The position numbers and the translations under genes are program-made. A DNA stretch of 59,274 nt, counting the filler, from Dugesia japonica (taxonomy: Eukaryota), in the NCBI GenBank assembly GCA_001938525.1. It is 5 parts of 5 records of this genome, joined end to end, with 100 filler letters (N's around TTAATTAATTAA, not from the genome) between each part and the next. Parts side by side here need not be neighbours in the genome. Positions count along the whole stretch, not along the records: positions 1 to 15,624 come from MQRL01631953.1; 4 more parts are not named here. One strand, 5' to 3'. The notes beneath the pieces were generated by a model. It searched no databases. It was not told the DNA's origin and worked only from the letters and a program-made list of their open reading frames with translations. Below, one piece after another: positions 1 through 13,599 of this stretch; position 1 is the first letter of the stretch; each line of letters starts with the position of its first letter.

Positions 1-1268
1 CACAAATGTGTGCTGCCGCCTATTTACATTAGAAAAATTTAAAAACAGTCATGTAATGATCCGATTACGTCGGGAGGGGGTTCTAGTGAATGTGTGCTGT
101 TCTTATCCGCTACTATCTATCTACTGATATTATATTGTCCACCAGAATTGATTTGGTTCAAAATAAAGATGTTGACAGGAATTGACATAGAAAATGTTAT
201 AAAAATCTATGAAGAATATATTAAAGATAATAATTGCGAAAATTGCTCGGAAAATAAGAAAATTTGGAAAAGAAATTTTTTGAATCAATTTATCATGACA
301 ATCATAAAAGAAAATGTTAAGTGTATTAGTTAAATGTTATAATATAAATAAATTTAATCAGTCATTTTGGTTTTCCTTTATTTTGTTTTAAAGAAGAAAA
401 TTTAAAAAAAGAATTTTGAAAACAAAAAAAAGAAATTTAAAAAAAAACAAAAATTTAAAAAAAAATCGATGAGTCATGATCTAGAAAAGTGATAGTCATG
501 ATCTATAAATTTTTTTTATCTAATATTTATCTAACTTTATCTAATAATACCAAATCTGCAATTTCCAAAATATTCAATCTAGTCCAGTCATTAAATAGAT
601 TTTGTGCTATTGTGAAATTTTTCAAATTTTCAAAAGTTCGTAATGACATTTCGCAACGAAAAATTTCCATTGAACCTGGTCACGAACTCCATCTAAATGT
701 TTATGCTAAACATATATGTAATTCAATCAATCTTGAAATAAAATAAACCCATACGTACTAAAAGACGTATGAAATGCTTAAAATTTAATTCGAGGAATCA
801 ATTCTAAAGTGAGTAAATAGTTATACGCTATTATGAAACAATTTTTACTTATTGCTATTGCGTTGGGTAGAAAATATCCAAATTTAATAATTGTCAAAGG
901 AGCAATTAATGTTTTATTGGAGAAATAAGATAATATTGTAGAAACAAATGATTCCAAAATTGATAAAACTAAAATTTTAGGTCCTTAAAAAATGGCCTTA
1001 ACATTTATAAGCACTGCCTCATATGATTTTTTTAACATTAATATTCAATGTTTCCTGGGCAATATTAACATTAATTGCTCAGATTTCATACTATTAAATG
1101 TTCCATGGCTCATACTAGGGGATTCTCCTTGGCTGATACTTTTAAATGCTTCGACATTTGATGATCTCTAATCAAACTATTTAATGCTCTCGTGATTGAA
1201 TGTTCACAGTTCCATTCAAATTAGCTACTCATCCAAAGAATCGATTACTATTCCAAGGAAAATCATTC

Positions 1269-1420
1269 TTAATATTTATATTTAAGTAAAATTACTCTTC
1301 GTTTTCGGATAATTAATGAAATCAGTATATTATTTGCATTTAAAGTAAAATTATTATCAATAGTATCTTTAAAAGTTATTTTTATAACAGTTTTGTTTGG
1401 GTTCCATACCATTATATTAC
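1269..1420 (-). pseudogene. Possible C-terminal relic of a Maverick/Polinton minor capsid (penton) gene
   Basis: IKITFKDTIDNNFTLNANNILISLIIRKRR resembles the penton C-terminal pattern I.I.I.D....F......V.L.(F/I)RR. Short, weak match; same contig block as the major capsid relic at 8.2 kb. Confidence 0.25.
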
Positions 1421-2699
1421 CTCCTTCGATATGTACAGTACAACTGAGCGAATCCATCAAGGTCCATTAGCATCCAATTAGGTCCGTTCATGATTGAACT
1501 TATCGATCAGCTTGTGTAGTTTTAACTAGACTTAGCTCGATTACAGTATGTGCATATCTGGTATCAATGCTTCAGTCCGTTCAAATCCGGTCTCAAATAT
1601 ACATTGCTACAACTGAATAATCTTTATATGATTAAACCAGTTAATCGTCAACGCCATTATTTGGTTAAACACAGATCGGCAAAATAGTAAAGAATTCAAA
1701 GTCAATTGTTATAAATTCAATTCATGATATTAATTAAATCTTTAAATTAAATCACTACTTATTATCATTAAAAAAACATTACTAAAGTTTCATTAAATTA
1801 AATCATTAAAGAAAAACATTATCGTTAAAATAAAATTATTAATATTTAATTTAAATAAAATAAATCCTTANNNNTTGTCAAATAACAATGATCATAATTC
1901 GTAATAATTTACCATATTTCCAATAACTTTAATCATAACATTAAGAATTCACAACAACTAATATCTGAAAATCAATTTATTAACTGAAAAGAATAATAAT
2001 TTTGAAACATTAAACACTAAACCTTTTACTTTAAATAAAATCATTACGAAAATTATTACCGTTTAATTTTAAAAAAAATCCTTACTTATTTTCATAATTG
2101 ATCAAATTTTATAATAACATTAATGACAATAAATTTTCATATTAAATATCTCAAATAATAATAGATTTTCCTAAATAATCTAGAATAAAATTAATATTAT
2201 AGCAAATTAAATAAAACATCTTGCTTAATATTGTTAAATGGCAAAATAATATGAAATTATTTCAATCATGGCATACTTAATTAATATTTTTAAACAAAAT
2301 TATTTAATAATAAATAATTGTTAAAAATATTTAAATAAATAAATTAAATTTAATTTAACAAAATCAATTTTAAAAAACATTAATTCTAAATGATCAATTT
2401 TAATTTATTAATTATATTAATTTTAAACTGTTTAAATTGATTTGTATTAATTTTAAGCTGATAAAATTTGTTAAATTTAAATTGATCAATTTTAATAAAT
2501 ATTAATTATAAGTTGCTTAATTTTGATTCATTTTAATTTCAAACTGTTAAATTTGTTTCATATTAGTTTCAAACTGATAAACTTTAATTTGTATTAATTT
2601 AAACTTTATAATTTTGATTCTTATGAATTTTGATTTTTATGCTGGTAAAAGTTGATTCTTATTAAATTGAAACAGATAAATTATTTTCTCAAAATCTTA

Positions 2700-5030
2700 T
2701 AAATTTTAAGGTTTATGATGAAAGTTGTATTTTAAATGACGAATTATATACTTTCTTTGTAGTTGTCTTTAATTTTCAATGATGACTCGTGTATTTATCA
2801 TGATGAAACATATATATTCTATGATTAAGTGTCTATGTTTTGTGATGACATTATAATTTTCCATGACAAAGAGATTATTTCCACGTGGAAATGTTTATTG
2901 TCAATAATGAATCTTATATTTTACATGTTTACTAAAAAATCTTTTGTGTTATTTTAGAAATTTATGTGATGAAATGTACTTTTAAAACGTTGACTTAGAA
3001 ATTTGATTATTTTCTATGTAATCCTTGAATGTTATTGAATACGTCTGTATAATTTGTAAAACTTTTTAATAGAAATATACAATGTTTGAAATGTTTTATT
3101 GACTTGTGTGTATTTATACATAATTTTAATGACTTGTATTTAACTTTAAACATGATGAATTATAATTTTTATGTATTGGTTTAGACGTTTTATGTGACTA
3201 CGTAGAATTTTACTGTGATTGAATGAAACTTTCTGAGATAGAATATAATTTTAGTGTAATGTGTTAAAATTCTGTATGATAAATTGTAATTTAAATTGTG
3301 ATTATAATTTTTATGTGTTGACTTAGAAATTGTATGTGTTAACTTAGAAATTTACTTGTCCAGTCTTAATTTTTGTGGATCAAATTAGACTTTGTGAAAT
3401 TGAGTATAAGTTTAATTTGTTGGTTTTAATTTTTAACTGCTGACTTAGAAATTGTATTATCTTCGATGTAATCTTTGATTGTGATAGAATACTTCTGTGT
3501 AATTTATAAACTTTTTAATATAAATATACAATGTTTGAAATAAATTATTGACTTTTAAGTATTTTTAAATAATTTCAATGACTTCTATATAACCTTAGCA
3601 ATTAAAATTATTATTATAATTATNNNNNNNNNNNNNNNNNNNNNATTATTATAATTATAATTTTTATGTACTGGTTTAAACATTTTGTGACTACTTAGAA
3701 TTTTACTGTGATTGAATGATATTTTGTGAGATAGATTATAGATGGATTATAATTTTAAAGCGTTAACTTAGAAATTTCAATGTGATGAACTATATTTTTA
3801 AAGTAACAGATTATAAGTTTAACTTGTTGGTTAGAATTTTTATCTGTTGACTAAAAAAATCTTTGTAACAAACTAGAAACCATGTGTTGACTTAGACATT
3901 TTATGCATTGGCTAAGAAGTTTTATGAGATATCTAACAATTTTGTGTGATTAAAATAATTTAAGTGCATGGACTATAATTTTAATGTGTTAACTTACAAT
4001 TAGTGTAATGAAATATAGTTTTTTGTGTTCAATTACAATTTTAGTGTTATGAAATGTAATTTTAATGTGATAGATCATAACTTTTATGTGCTGACCTATA
4101 AAATTTATGCGTTAAAACTTAGAGTCTTACTTGTTGAGTGGTTATTTTTATGAGTTAGATTAGACTTCTGTTAGATGGATTGAAATTTTAAAGGGTTGAC
4201 TTAGAAATTTCAATGTAATGAACTATATTTTTAGTGTGACAGATTATAATTTTAATTTTTTGGTTAAGGGTTTTATGTGTTGAATAAGAAAGTTTTTGTG
4301 ACAAAATTAATTTTAGTGTCTGGAGTTTAAAGTAATAACTTAAAATTTTCAATATGGTAAACTATAGTTTTTGTGTGATTGATTATAAATATATCTGATT
4401 GGTTAGAATTTTTTGTGTTGACTTAGAAATTTCACTAACTTCTTTGTGATTTATGAAACTTTTTAATAACTTGTATGTAATTTTCGAAAGGTTTTCTTGA
4501 CTTCCATGTAATTTATGATAATTTCTCATGACTTCTATTTAATTTTAATTGAATGGATTGTAATTTTATGTGATGAAATGTAATTTTTGTGTGTTGACTT
4601 AAAGTTATACCATGTTGAGTGTTAGTTTTTGTTTGATGGAATGTAATTTTGATATGATGAATGATAATTTTACTACTTCTATGTAATTTTTAATGACTTC
4701 AATTGACTTCTAGTAAATATTTGCAACCTTTTATTGAATTAAGTAACGTTTTGATAATTTTGAAAGGTATTGATTACTTCGATGTAATTTATGAAACTTT
4801 TTAATGACTTCAATGTGATCTTCAGGTGTTGAGTTTTAACTTTCATGAATTGAGTAAAGATTTTGTGTGATAGATTGTAATTTTTTGAAATAAATTATAT
4901 CTTTATGTAATGATTTAGACATTTGCATGAGTTGACTTAGACATTTTGTGTGATTAAATGCAAATTTAATGTGATGGATTCTAGATTTTTATGTATTGGC
5001 TTCGACACTTATATGATTGAATATCGATTT
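2700..5030. repeat. Degenerate ~21-bp-period tandem array with higher-order duplications
   Basis: Recurrent tgacttagaaattt / gattataattttta.tgtg units spaced ~21 nt (e.g. acttagaaa at 3321 and 3342). Block ~2990-3260 recurs at ~3440-3740 (atacaatgtttgaaa at ~3077 and ~3526). Confidence 0.65.
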
Positions 5031-5139
5031 TACATTAATCCTAGAGATTCTGTATAATGTTTTAAAATGTAGACAATTCTAACCTTAAAACACATATCAA
5101 ACCATATAAAACCCTTAAAACCATATACACATAGACTTA

Positions 5140-5370
5140 TGTTTCCTGTGATATTAGATGTTCCCCCCCAGGAAAATATTATTATTAATGTTCCCCAGAT
5201 AATATTAACATTAGATGTCACACAGGCAATATTAATGTTAACGTTAATATCCTCAGGGCAATACTTTTTTTAATTTTAATATTATTCGGGCAATATTAAT
5301 ATTAATGGTAATGTTAACATCCAGCGCTTAATACTTATATTTTTATCGTCTGAACAATATTAACATCCTG
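5140..5370. repeat. Short AATATTAAC/GGGCAATATTAA repeat cluster
   Basis: Multiple aatattaac(a/g)tt and gggcaata units; a related stretch lies at ~1030-1080. Confidence 0.45.
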
Positions 5371-5389
5371 CAGTCTCTTAACAAAATAA

Positions 5390-6060
5390 CCAATTACTTC
5401 TTTTCTCTCGCTCTTCACAGGTCTTCAAACTTTCTTATTTGCATTCTTTTAATCTTCACATGTCTCTTACCTTTACATTTCTCCCATTTATATCGATTCT
5501 TTATATTTTCTATCTGGTTTCATCTCATTCTTCATTGTCCTTCTTTCTCAGTTATTGATTTATTCTCCTCCTTCATTATTCTTTCCCCACTTTTTACTGG
5601 TCTTCTGTATTTCTGCCTAGTTTTCTCTCTTTTACTGACATTCTTTCACTATTCACTGATCTCACGCACTGTTTTTTTCTATCGCTCTTCACAGGTCTTG
5701 TCTTTTTCTCACTGACCTTTGCTACTGTTTACTTGTATTTAACCCTGTTTTACTAGTATTCTTGCACTCCTCACTGATTTGCTGTCACTCTTTACTAGTG
5801 TTTTCCCACTCTGTAATGAACTTTCCTTACACTTACTAATTTAATCTAACTTTTCACTCTTCGCAATCACTTACTAGTTTTATTCCACTGCACACTAACA
5901 TTCTTTCAATATCCACTATTCTTCTCTTGCTATCTACTAGTCGTCTCCAACTACCCATTGGTTTTATCCAACTCCCTATTTATGTTATCTCACTATCCAC
6001 TGCTATTCTTTGATCATTCACTGATACTGTCTCACTATACACTGGTACTCTTCAACTCAT
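5390..6060. repeat. Pyrimidine-rich degenerate tandem repeat (~21-nt period)
   Basis: Recurrent tcactg/ttactag/ccact words on a C/T-rich + strand; tcgctcttcacaggtctt occurs at ~5408 and ~5682. Confidence 0.45.
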
Positions 6061-6129
6061 CGTAGTCTCTATATTTAGTATGGTATGGGCAGACTGTAAA
6101 TTTTGCAAATGATAGGGCAGTCTAAAATT

Positions 6130-7960
6130 CATAGTCACTTGATTTTCAGTGTATTTTAGTTGCATATGAGTTACATTTATTCAAAAAAATCAATAAAACT
6201 TTCCAGGCATGTGATTTTTAATGTATTGTTGTTGAATATGGGTTGCATACATATTGTATTTATTAAAAATCAAAAAAATTCAAAATGGCGGCTGTGTTGA
6301 TTTTTAAAAATTCTCAGGCGCATGATTTTCAGTGTATGTGTGTTGCATTCTTGTGGCATCTAAGTTGCATACCTATTGTATTTATTGATAAAAATTCTCA
6401 AGCACATGATTTTCAGTTAATTAAAAATAACCATAGAGGGGAATCTTTGTTATATTTTCATAATAAAATAAATCTATCAAAAACCTTCAAAGACGGAAAT
6501 AATAGTGGCATAGTAGCGCACGGGCACAATTTCCAGGGGCTCGGAAACACATTACGCTTGAGCTGTGTTTTTTTGACATGATTTTTGCGCTTGGTTTTTT
6601 TTTAGATTTTTGGGATCAAAATCTTTTGATCGGATTAGTTTTTTTGATGTTGGTTGTGTGTGTGTATTTTTAAATTTTAAATTTTGTGTGTTTAGGTGGT
6701 TTTTAAAAATTAGGTCAAGTTGAGTTTGTGTGTGTGATTGTGTGTGTGTAAGAGAGGAAAAAACGAGGAGTAGGAGCTGGAGATCTTGGAAATAGTTTTT
6801 TTATAGTTTTAAAGATTTGGTTGTGGTTGGACAAAAAATTGAGGGAGATGGTGGTTGTCAAATGTACTTTCATTCTTTTATTTTAAGATCTTGAATTTGA
6901 TTAGTTTATTTTGTAAGTAGTATTAGTGTGTTAAAAAACTTTTCGTGAGGTATAGGTTGGTATGTAAGGAAAGAGAATTAATTATCAGATTTTATAAGAT
7001 TTATTTGAAATTTTTCTGTCTGGGGGTTATGACGTCATAATTTTTTGAAATATCTATTTTGGTTAAAAATGCTGTAAATTGATAAATTTAATGAAAGTAA
7101 TGGTATTTTTGGTTATTTTCGAACAGATAGAGGGGAGTCTTGATATTTTTTAAAAAAAATTTTNNNNNNNNNNNNNNAAAAAAAATTTTTGCCGGGAAAT
7201 TCAAAAAAAAATATTTTGGTTGGAAATAAAAATTAATCATTTCAATGGGAGAACATCTTTTTAAATTAATTTAATTAAATTTAATAAAATTTAATTTATT
7301 TATTCATGTAAGAGATTGGGCAATCTTGATATTTTGCATGTGGAGTCTCTATATGTTGCATAAGATGGGCAGTCTTCATATTTTTTAGGATATTATTACA
7401 AGAAATCGGGCATGTATATATCACAAAAACTCCTCTCTTTGGTTATTTTTAATAGTTATATTTTATCATGAAAATATATCAAAGAATCCACTCTGCGAGG
7501 TTTTTTGATAGATATATTTTTATCGTGTAAATATCACAAAGAGTTTCCTTTTTGAGGTTTTTAGATAGATATATTTTTATCGTATAAATATAACAAAGAC
7601 TTTCCTCTTTAAAATTTTTGATAGATATATTTTAGACTGTCCAATATCTTGCAATAATATCAAAAAATATCAAGACCACCTCCAAGTTTTAATGATGAAT
7701 GCAATATAGATGCAATATGAATGCAATACAGCAGCGCGCGCCCGGGCATTTTTATTGATTTTTTTATAATGCAACAGGTATACAAGTCAAATCCCACGAG
7801 AATGCAACACACATACACTGAAAATCAGGTGCCTGCGAATATTTTATTAACAAATGCCATAAGTATGCAACTCAGATGCAACACACTTACACTGAAAATC
7901 ACAAGTCTTGGAATTTTTCAAACTCAACATAGCCGCCATTTCGAATTTTTTAAATAAATA
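6130..7960. repeat. Large imperfect inverted-repeat block built of tandem modules
   Basis: 6257-6417 (aaaaaattcaaaatggcggctgtgttga...gattttcagtgtatgtgtgttgcattct) matches the reverse complement of ~7800-7960. 6421-6490 matches the reverse complement of the ~62-bp tandem units at 7420-7630. Confidence 0.75.
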
Positions 7961-8173
7961 TTTCATATGTAATGTATTTTCTTTTGTACACCGTAATCTA
8001 GTGTTCTTCACGTATATTTGAGTATTGACGATTAAGAAATTGTTTACCGAAATAAAATGATTTAAGTAACATTGATGTACTTCGTTCAATCTGAATGGAA
8101 TCAATTAATTAAACAATAAATTAAACAATAATTGTTACTTTATTACAATTATTTCAATAATACATAGCATTGT

Positions 8174-8560
8174 TTACAACAATACTGTTTCATTTTCTTT
8201 AATCTGAATTTCTTTTTCAAATACTCCATAAATGAGAACATATGATACTGTTGTTAAAGCTTTAGCAAACTTGAAATCCAATCTCAAATTCCACTGTTGA
8301 GGTAATTGACTCTGATTTATATCAAACTCTGGAGAAAGAACAAATGTGAAGAAAGGTTAATTATCCTTAAAATCTTGAAGTGATATTCCACAATTCATAT
8401 TCTTATCCAAATATCCCATATTTTGTACAATAGATTGCATATATGATGCTGCAAAAATCATCGTTTGTAAAGTCTTGAGTATATATTTCTCGATAATCAG
8501 TGTTTTTCGACAAGGAAGCGGAAACAGTATCTAGATTTTGAAAAGTGAGCACTCGAGCTT
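8174..8560 (-). pseudogene. Maverick/Polinton major capsid protein, C-terminal fragment (one frameshift, one stop)
   Basis: Manual translation: ...TFQNLD...YREIYTQDFTNDD/FAASYMQSIVQNMGYLDKNMNCGISLQDFKDN*PFFTFVLSPEFDINQSQLPQQWNLRLDFKFAKALTTVSYVLIYGVFEKEIQIKENETVLL*. Matches the Maverick MCP C-terminal pattern GIS..D(F/Y)...Y.LF.F.L(T/S)P...GNLRL...F...L......YA.F...I.I. Confidence 0.75.
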
Positions 8561-8587
8561 TTATAACTACCATTATATTGTTCACTA

Positions 8588-8900
8588 GTTGCTATGTAAA
8601 TAATATACTTATAAACCCTATAATACACTTATAATCTTTATATTACATGGTTGCTATGTAAATAAAACATAGAAACTATGTAAATAATGTACTCATAAAC
8701 TCTATAATGCATTTATAATCTCTATATTACATGGTTGCTATGTAAATAATACATAGAACTATGCAAATAATGTACTCATAAACCCTATAAGACATGGTTA
8801 CTTTGTAATAATACATTCATAATCCTTAAAATACATGGTTGCTATGTAAATAATACAAGGTAACTAAGCAAATAATATACTCATAAACCCTATACACTCA
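8588..8900. repeat. Minisatellite (catggttgctatgtaaataatac... / actcataaaccctata units)
   Basis: About five copies of ggttgctatgtaaataa-like words interleaved with tactcataaaccctataa. Confidence 0.75.
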
Positions 8901-9907
8901 TAAAAATATTTTCTTATAAGTTTTTTATAAAGACTTAATAGTTATATATGAAAAGATTTCATAAAATTATGATTTTTATGAAAAAAGGTCTATGTTTTTA
9001 TCATTTCGTACTAAGAAATGTTCTCATTTTAATATATTTATTATAGAAAGAATTGCGTGACTAACATGTTTTTATTAAAAATTGCATCGGAAATGATATT
9101 TTCATTAAACACTGCATCACTAATGATAATTTTTTATAGAAAATGGTCACTAGTAATATGTTTTTAAAAGAAAATTAACTAGCTAATATGTTTTTACAAT
9201 ATTTTTTTACAATGTTTTTTACTATACAAAGACATATACGACTAAGTTTCTTAATCATTACTATCTGGAATTGACTTGAAAAATCTTTCAAGTGTTTGCA
9301 GGTTCTTTTAGGTATTTTAGGTACATATCCCGGTAGCGACTAACCTGCGACAAAACATACTGTGTAAATTTAGAATTTTCATCCGATTACATCAAAAATG
9401 ACACTACATTTACATTTAAGCTAAATTATGAGTGAGTTCAAAAAACCATTTTTTTCGCTAATATTGAGAAATTTATGAGTCAAATCGTTCAATAAATTGA
9501 TTTGTTCTCCTATACTGTTTATTAATTTATGCCAAAATGTCGTATAAGTATTACTATATGAACAAATTATTTTGTTGATTTTTTTTTATAATAAAATATT
9601 CATTCAAAGCGGAAAAACCTATAACGGGACTCACGCAAACCGAAATATTGGTGTATTTAATTTATAAAATAAATTTTGTCATACTAACATAGAAAATTAC
9701 CAGATTTTATTAAGCACAAAATATACATAATGACATTCTAAAAAAGTAAACAAAATTATTATTATTCATATTTAAATATTTTCAAATGGGTTTTATTTTT
9801 TGCCTTGGCAATAGGTATTTTGTCTGAAAAACAGTTTACTTTTAACCTTAATAAAATAATATAAAATCCAGAAACATTTATAACAAACAGAATTATTCTA
9901 CTATAAA

Positions 9908-10206
9908 ATGAAGTTAATGGATTTCTATTTAAGAACAGCGATATTTTATATGTTCACAATTTATAAAATATATTCGCAGGGTAAAAAAATTAGGTATATA
10001 AATATAACAATAAATTTATTTTTAGTTTTCCCAATATCTAGTTCTGCTATTTATGCCATAAATGAATCAGTAAATTACGCTTCTGCAATAAATATCTGTA
10101 AATCTATGAATATGACTTTAGTAAAAATTTTGGATGATGATTCGAATGTATTCTTCTCCTTCTTCTTCTTATTATTATTATTATGAATATTATTATTATT
10201 ATTATA

Positions 10207-10242
<36 letters not shown>

Positions 10243-10376
10243 NNNNNNNNNNNNNNNNNNNNNNNNNNNNNNNNNNNNNNNNNNNNNNNNNNNNNNNNNN
10301 NNNNNNNNNNNNNNNNNNNNNNNNNNNNNNNNNNNNNNNNNNNNNNNNNNNNNNNNNNNNNNNNNNNNNNNNNNNN

Positions 10377-10441
<65 letters not shown>

Positions 10442-11487
10442 AATATTAAACAATTCAAATATTTAAATAATTATTATAATTTCAGGAAGTAGTTTTTACG
10501 TATAGTATAGCTTCAGATATGGGAATGTACTGGATTGATGCTAATGATATTGAAAAAGAAGGTGAATGGAAATCTTCCGACAAAGAAAATAATACATACA
10601 CGTTAAAATCAATAAATTTAATTAATAAAATTAATTAATTAATTTCAATCCTTCAGTCAATGGTTTTCTGGTACACCACATTTTGATGTAAAAAAAAATT
10701 GTGCATCAGGTGGTAAAGAACCTTTCGGTTATTGGACAAATGTAGCCTGTGACTTAAATTTAGGCGTTCTATGTGTTATGAATGATAATTCTACAGATAA
10801 TTACACAGAAAGTAAACAATATTCGAAAAGCATAAAATATATATCATCATTAATGATTAAGCGATTATTGAACGTAGTAGAATTGTTATATTACCCGATC
10901 GAGCTCCATTTGATACAGCTGTTGAAATATGTAAAGCATATGGTCTGATTTTACTGAGAATAGACAATGACGAAAGTCATGTTGGTTTACTTATTATAAA
11001 GCATTTACAAATTTAATAATCAATTATAGTTTATAGTGAACAGTGCTTTACCAAATAACGTTCCTCTCCCATTTTGGATTGATGCCAATGATATCGAAGT
11101 ACGTAATCAATTTGTTCATAGTGATGGAACACGAATTCGATTTGAGTACAGAATTTTAAATTTTTAGTTATCAATGAGTTTGTTTTGTTTAGATATTTTG
11201 GACCTTTGAGTGATATCAGATCGTATAGTGACAGATGTGCGAGTGGAGCAAAACACCTTGCATCTTTTTGGACTGTTTCAAATTGCGATTTTGAAAAACA
11301 AGTGATTTGTTATCAAGACCCCAATAACAATAGTACTAATACAAATAGTACTACAACATATAACCCTATAACAACAACAGTTCTTGAACAAACTTCTACA
11401 AAATCCTCCAATACTAAACAAACCGAATCGGTTACTAAAACAAAAACAACTGCATCAACAATTATTCAAAAGTCAACAACTAAATAA
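9908..11487 (+). CDS. Secreted protein with two tandem C-type lectin-like domains and a Ser/Thr-rich tail (7 exons)
   Basis: GT-AG exons ~9908-9980, 10026-10147, 10486-10601, 10657-10811, 10862-10980, 11030-11145, 11193-11487 splice into one frame. CTLD motifs: A...C.....LV.I, YWIDANDIEKEGEW, C...W....C......C; second copy FWIDANDIEVRNQFVHSDG, CASG...FWTVSNC......IC. Signal-peptide-like first exon. Confidence 0.85.
10170..10440. repeat. (ATT)n microsatellite in lectin intron 2, spanning an N gap
   Basis: Direct observation; explains the poly-I/Y/L/N ORFs in the track. Confidence 0.95.
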
Positions 11488-13599
11488 AAACTGAGAAATA
11501 CGTGAAATTTGCTTCAAAACATTAACAAATAAATTTTAAAAAATTGAATTATTATTATTATTATTATTTTAAGTGTTTGAGAAAAATAATTAAAACTGAA
11601 AAATGTAATTCATGTGTATAAACAGTAATAATATAAGAATATAAATACTTCTAGAATATATATTTTCAGATGAGTTTGAAGTACTCATAGGATAATTAAG
11701 GTCAAAACTCGTTTCCATAAAAGATTTATTCACAAAACAAAATCTATATCCAACACTACTTATTTATTCAAACAAATTAAAACTCTGTTTTAATTGGAGA
11801 TCATTTTTCAAATATTAAAATTTTAGAAAAAATTTTTACTTTATTAAATCTTCGTTTAAAATATTTTCAAAATTTAAAATAAAATAATAATTTGTTAATA
11901 AACTTTAATTTAAAATTTTCTTCAAATTAAAACAAAATAATAATTTACTATTAAATCTCTTGAAATTTAAATCTTTAAAATTTAAAATTCTTTTAATTTT
12001 ATGCAAATATTATAGAAAGTTAATCAGTTATATATTCTCATCTGTTATGCACTACTATTTCTCACATTTTGACAAGACTTTCGATTGCATTGTGAGATAA
12101 ATCAACTGATTTTGTAGTGAAGAATTCATCAAGTTAATTTTGAATATATGTAACTATTGGAGGAAATACATAGAAGAGAGTGCTGAATGTTCTGAAATAG
12201 ATGATAGTTCGATGGATCAAGATCGAGGAAAAACGGATGAAGGAGAATCTCTCAATGCAGTTACAGAATTTCCATTATCGTTCGGTATTGTTAAATTTCT
12301 CGGAAACCACTCTTCTTCTACAGGTCTTCTACGGGTGAATACCTGGCTTTGTTCGAAGTTTTGCTTGTTAAACCATTGCTTCCTTGGTTTTAAATTGACA
12401 TAAGCTCTAATTTTAAACACCGGTAATTATATGAGATAAAAAGGAATGATGTTAATGTTGAACAATGTGTTGTCGGTTAAGTAAAGAAGTGCAAATGTTA
12501 ACATGTTAAAATTTGATGACTGTGGACAAAATTTGTGGCGCACATACTCTCAGTTTCTGCACTCTCTCCATGGATTTTAGATTTTAGAAAATTGTTGAAT
12601 AATTGAATTCTATTATGCTGCAGTCTTTTGCAAAAATTAAATCATTCATCAGGTTTTCATCTATAGCGTAAAACAGTCCGGCGCGTGAAGTATTGAATAG
12701 ATCAACGTTCTTGTTCTTAAAAACGCGCAATATCAGTTATTATTCAATCTTGGTTGAACTGATAAAGAAGGAAATACCAGAAATGTACTGTTTTATCAAT
12801 CTGGCATTCAATCAGATGTTTCATAAAACTTTGTAGTATTTCTATTTCTTAGATTAAAAAAAAAAGAAACATAATGAAGATTATAACATTTGGTACTTTT
12901 AGATAATTTCAGACTGTAAATTCGAAAACAACTATATTGTTTTACAAAACTGCATGAACTTATGCACTAACCCAATATATTGGGCTGGAAATAAAGTCCT
13001 ACTACTTATATTTATGAAATTATACAGTGAAATATAATAGAATAATGCTGTTAGATGAATCTTTTGACAATCAAAGTAGAATTAAAAAGACCAACGGTTT
13101 CTATTTCAAAAGATTTCAAAAAGACAAACACAAAAAACAGTAGATTTAATTTGATTATTGTAAACATATTAACTCATGCAAATAATTCAAGATATCACTT
13201 GAAATTAAATTTTAAAATAAATTTAACACAACCTTATTTTACACATTTCTATTTTTATTGAAAATGTCAGTTCATTTATAAGAGATTTATTTAAACCTTT
13301 ATAAGATTTATTAAAATTTATTTTTTTTAACTTTTAACTATATTTATTTTTATCAAAATATGATTTATTTAAAGTTATTTCTTACGAAATATTGCTTATT
13401 TAAATTCCTTTTAATGTATTTAAAGATGTTTATTAAAAAATGATTAATTAATTTAATTAATTATTTATTTTTTTTGTTTTTTTGAAAAATTTCTTTGTAT
13501 AAAAATATTTGTTTTGGACAAAAGTATACCCATCGTCATTTACCATTGTAAAATATGAAAGAAATTGTTTATATACTGGCAAAAAAAACTGTTACGTAA

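Noticed and set aside
8174-8560. MCP relic as the missing capsid gene of the 34-45 kb element
   Set aside because: 25 kb away across three artificial spacers and host genes, more decayed, and apparently a different Maverick subgroup.
10075-10458. Poly-I/Y/L/N ORFs
   Set aside because: Translations of an intronic (ATT)n microsatellite and an N gap.
12140-12830. Possible gene or pseudogene on the minus strand
   Set aside because: Coding-like composition but no consistent spliced frame or recognisable domain.
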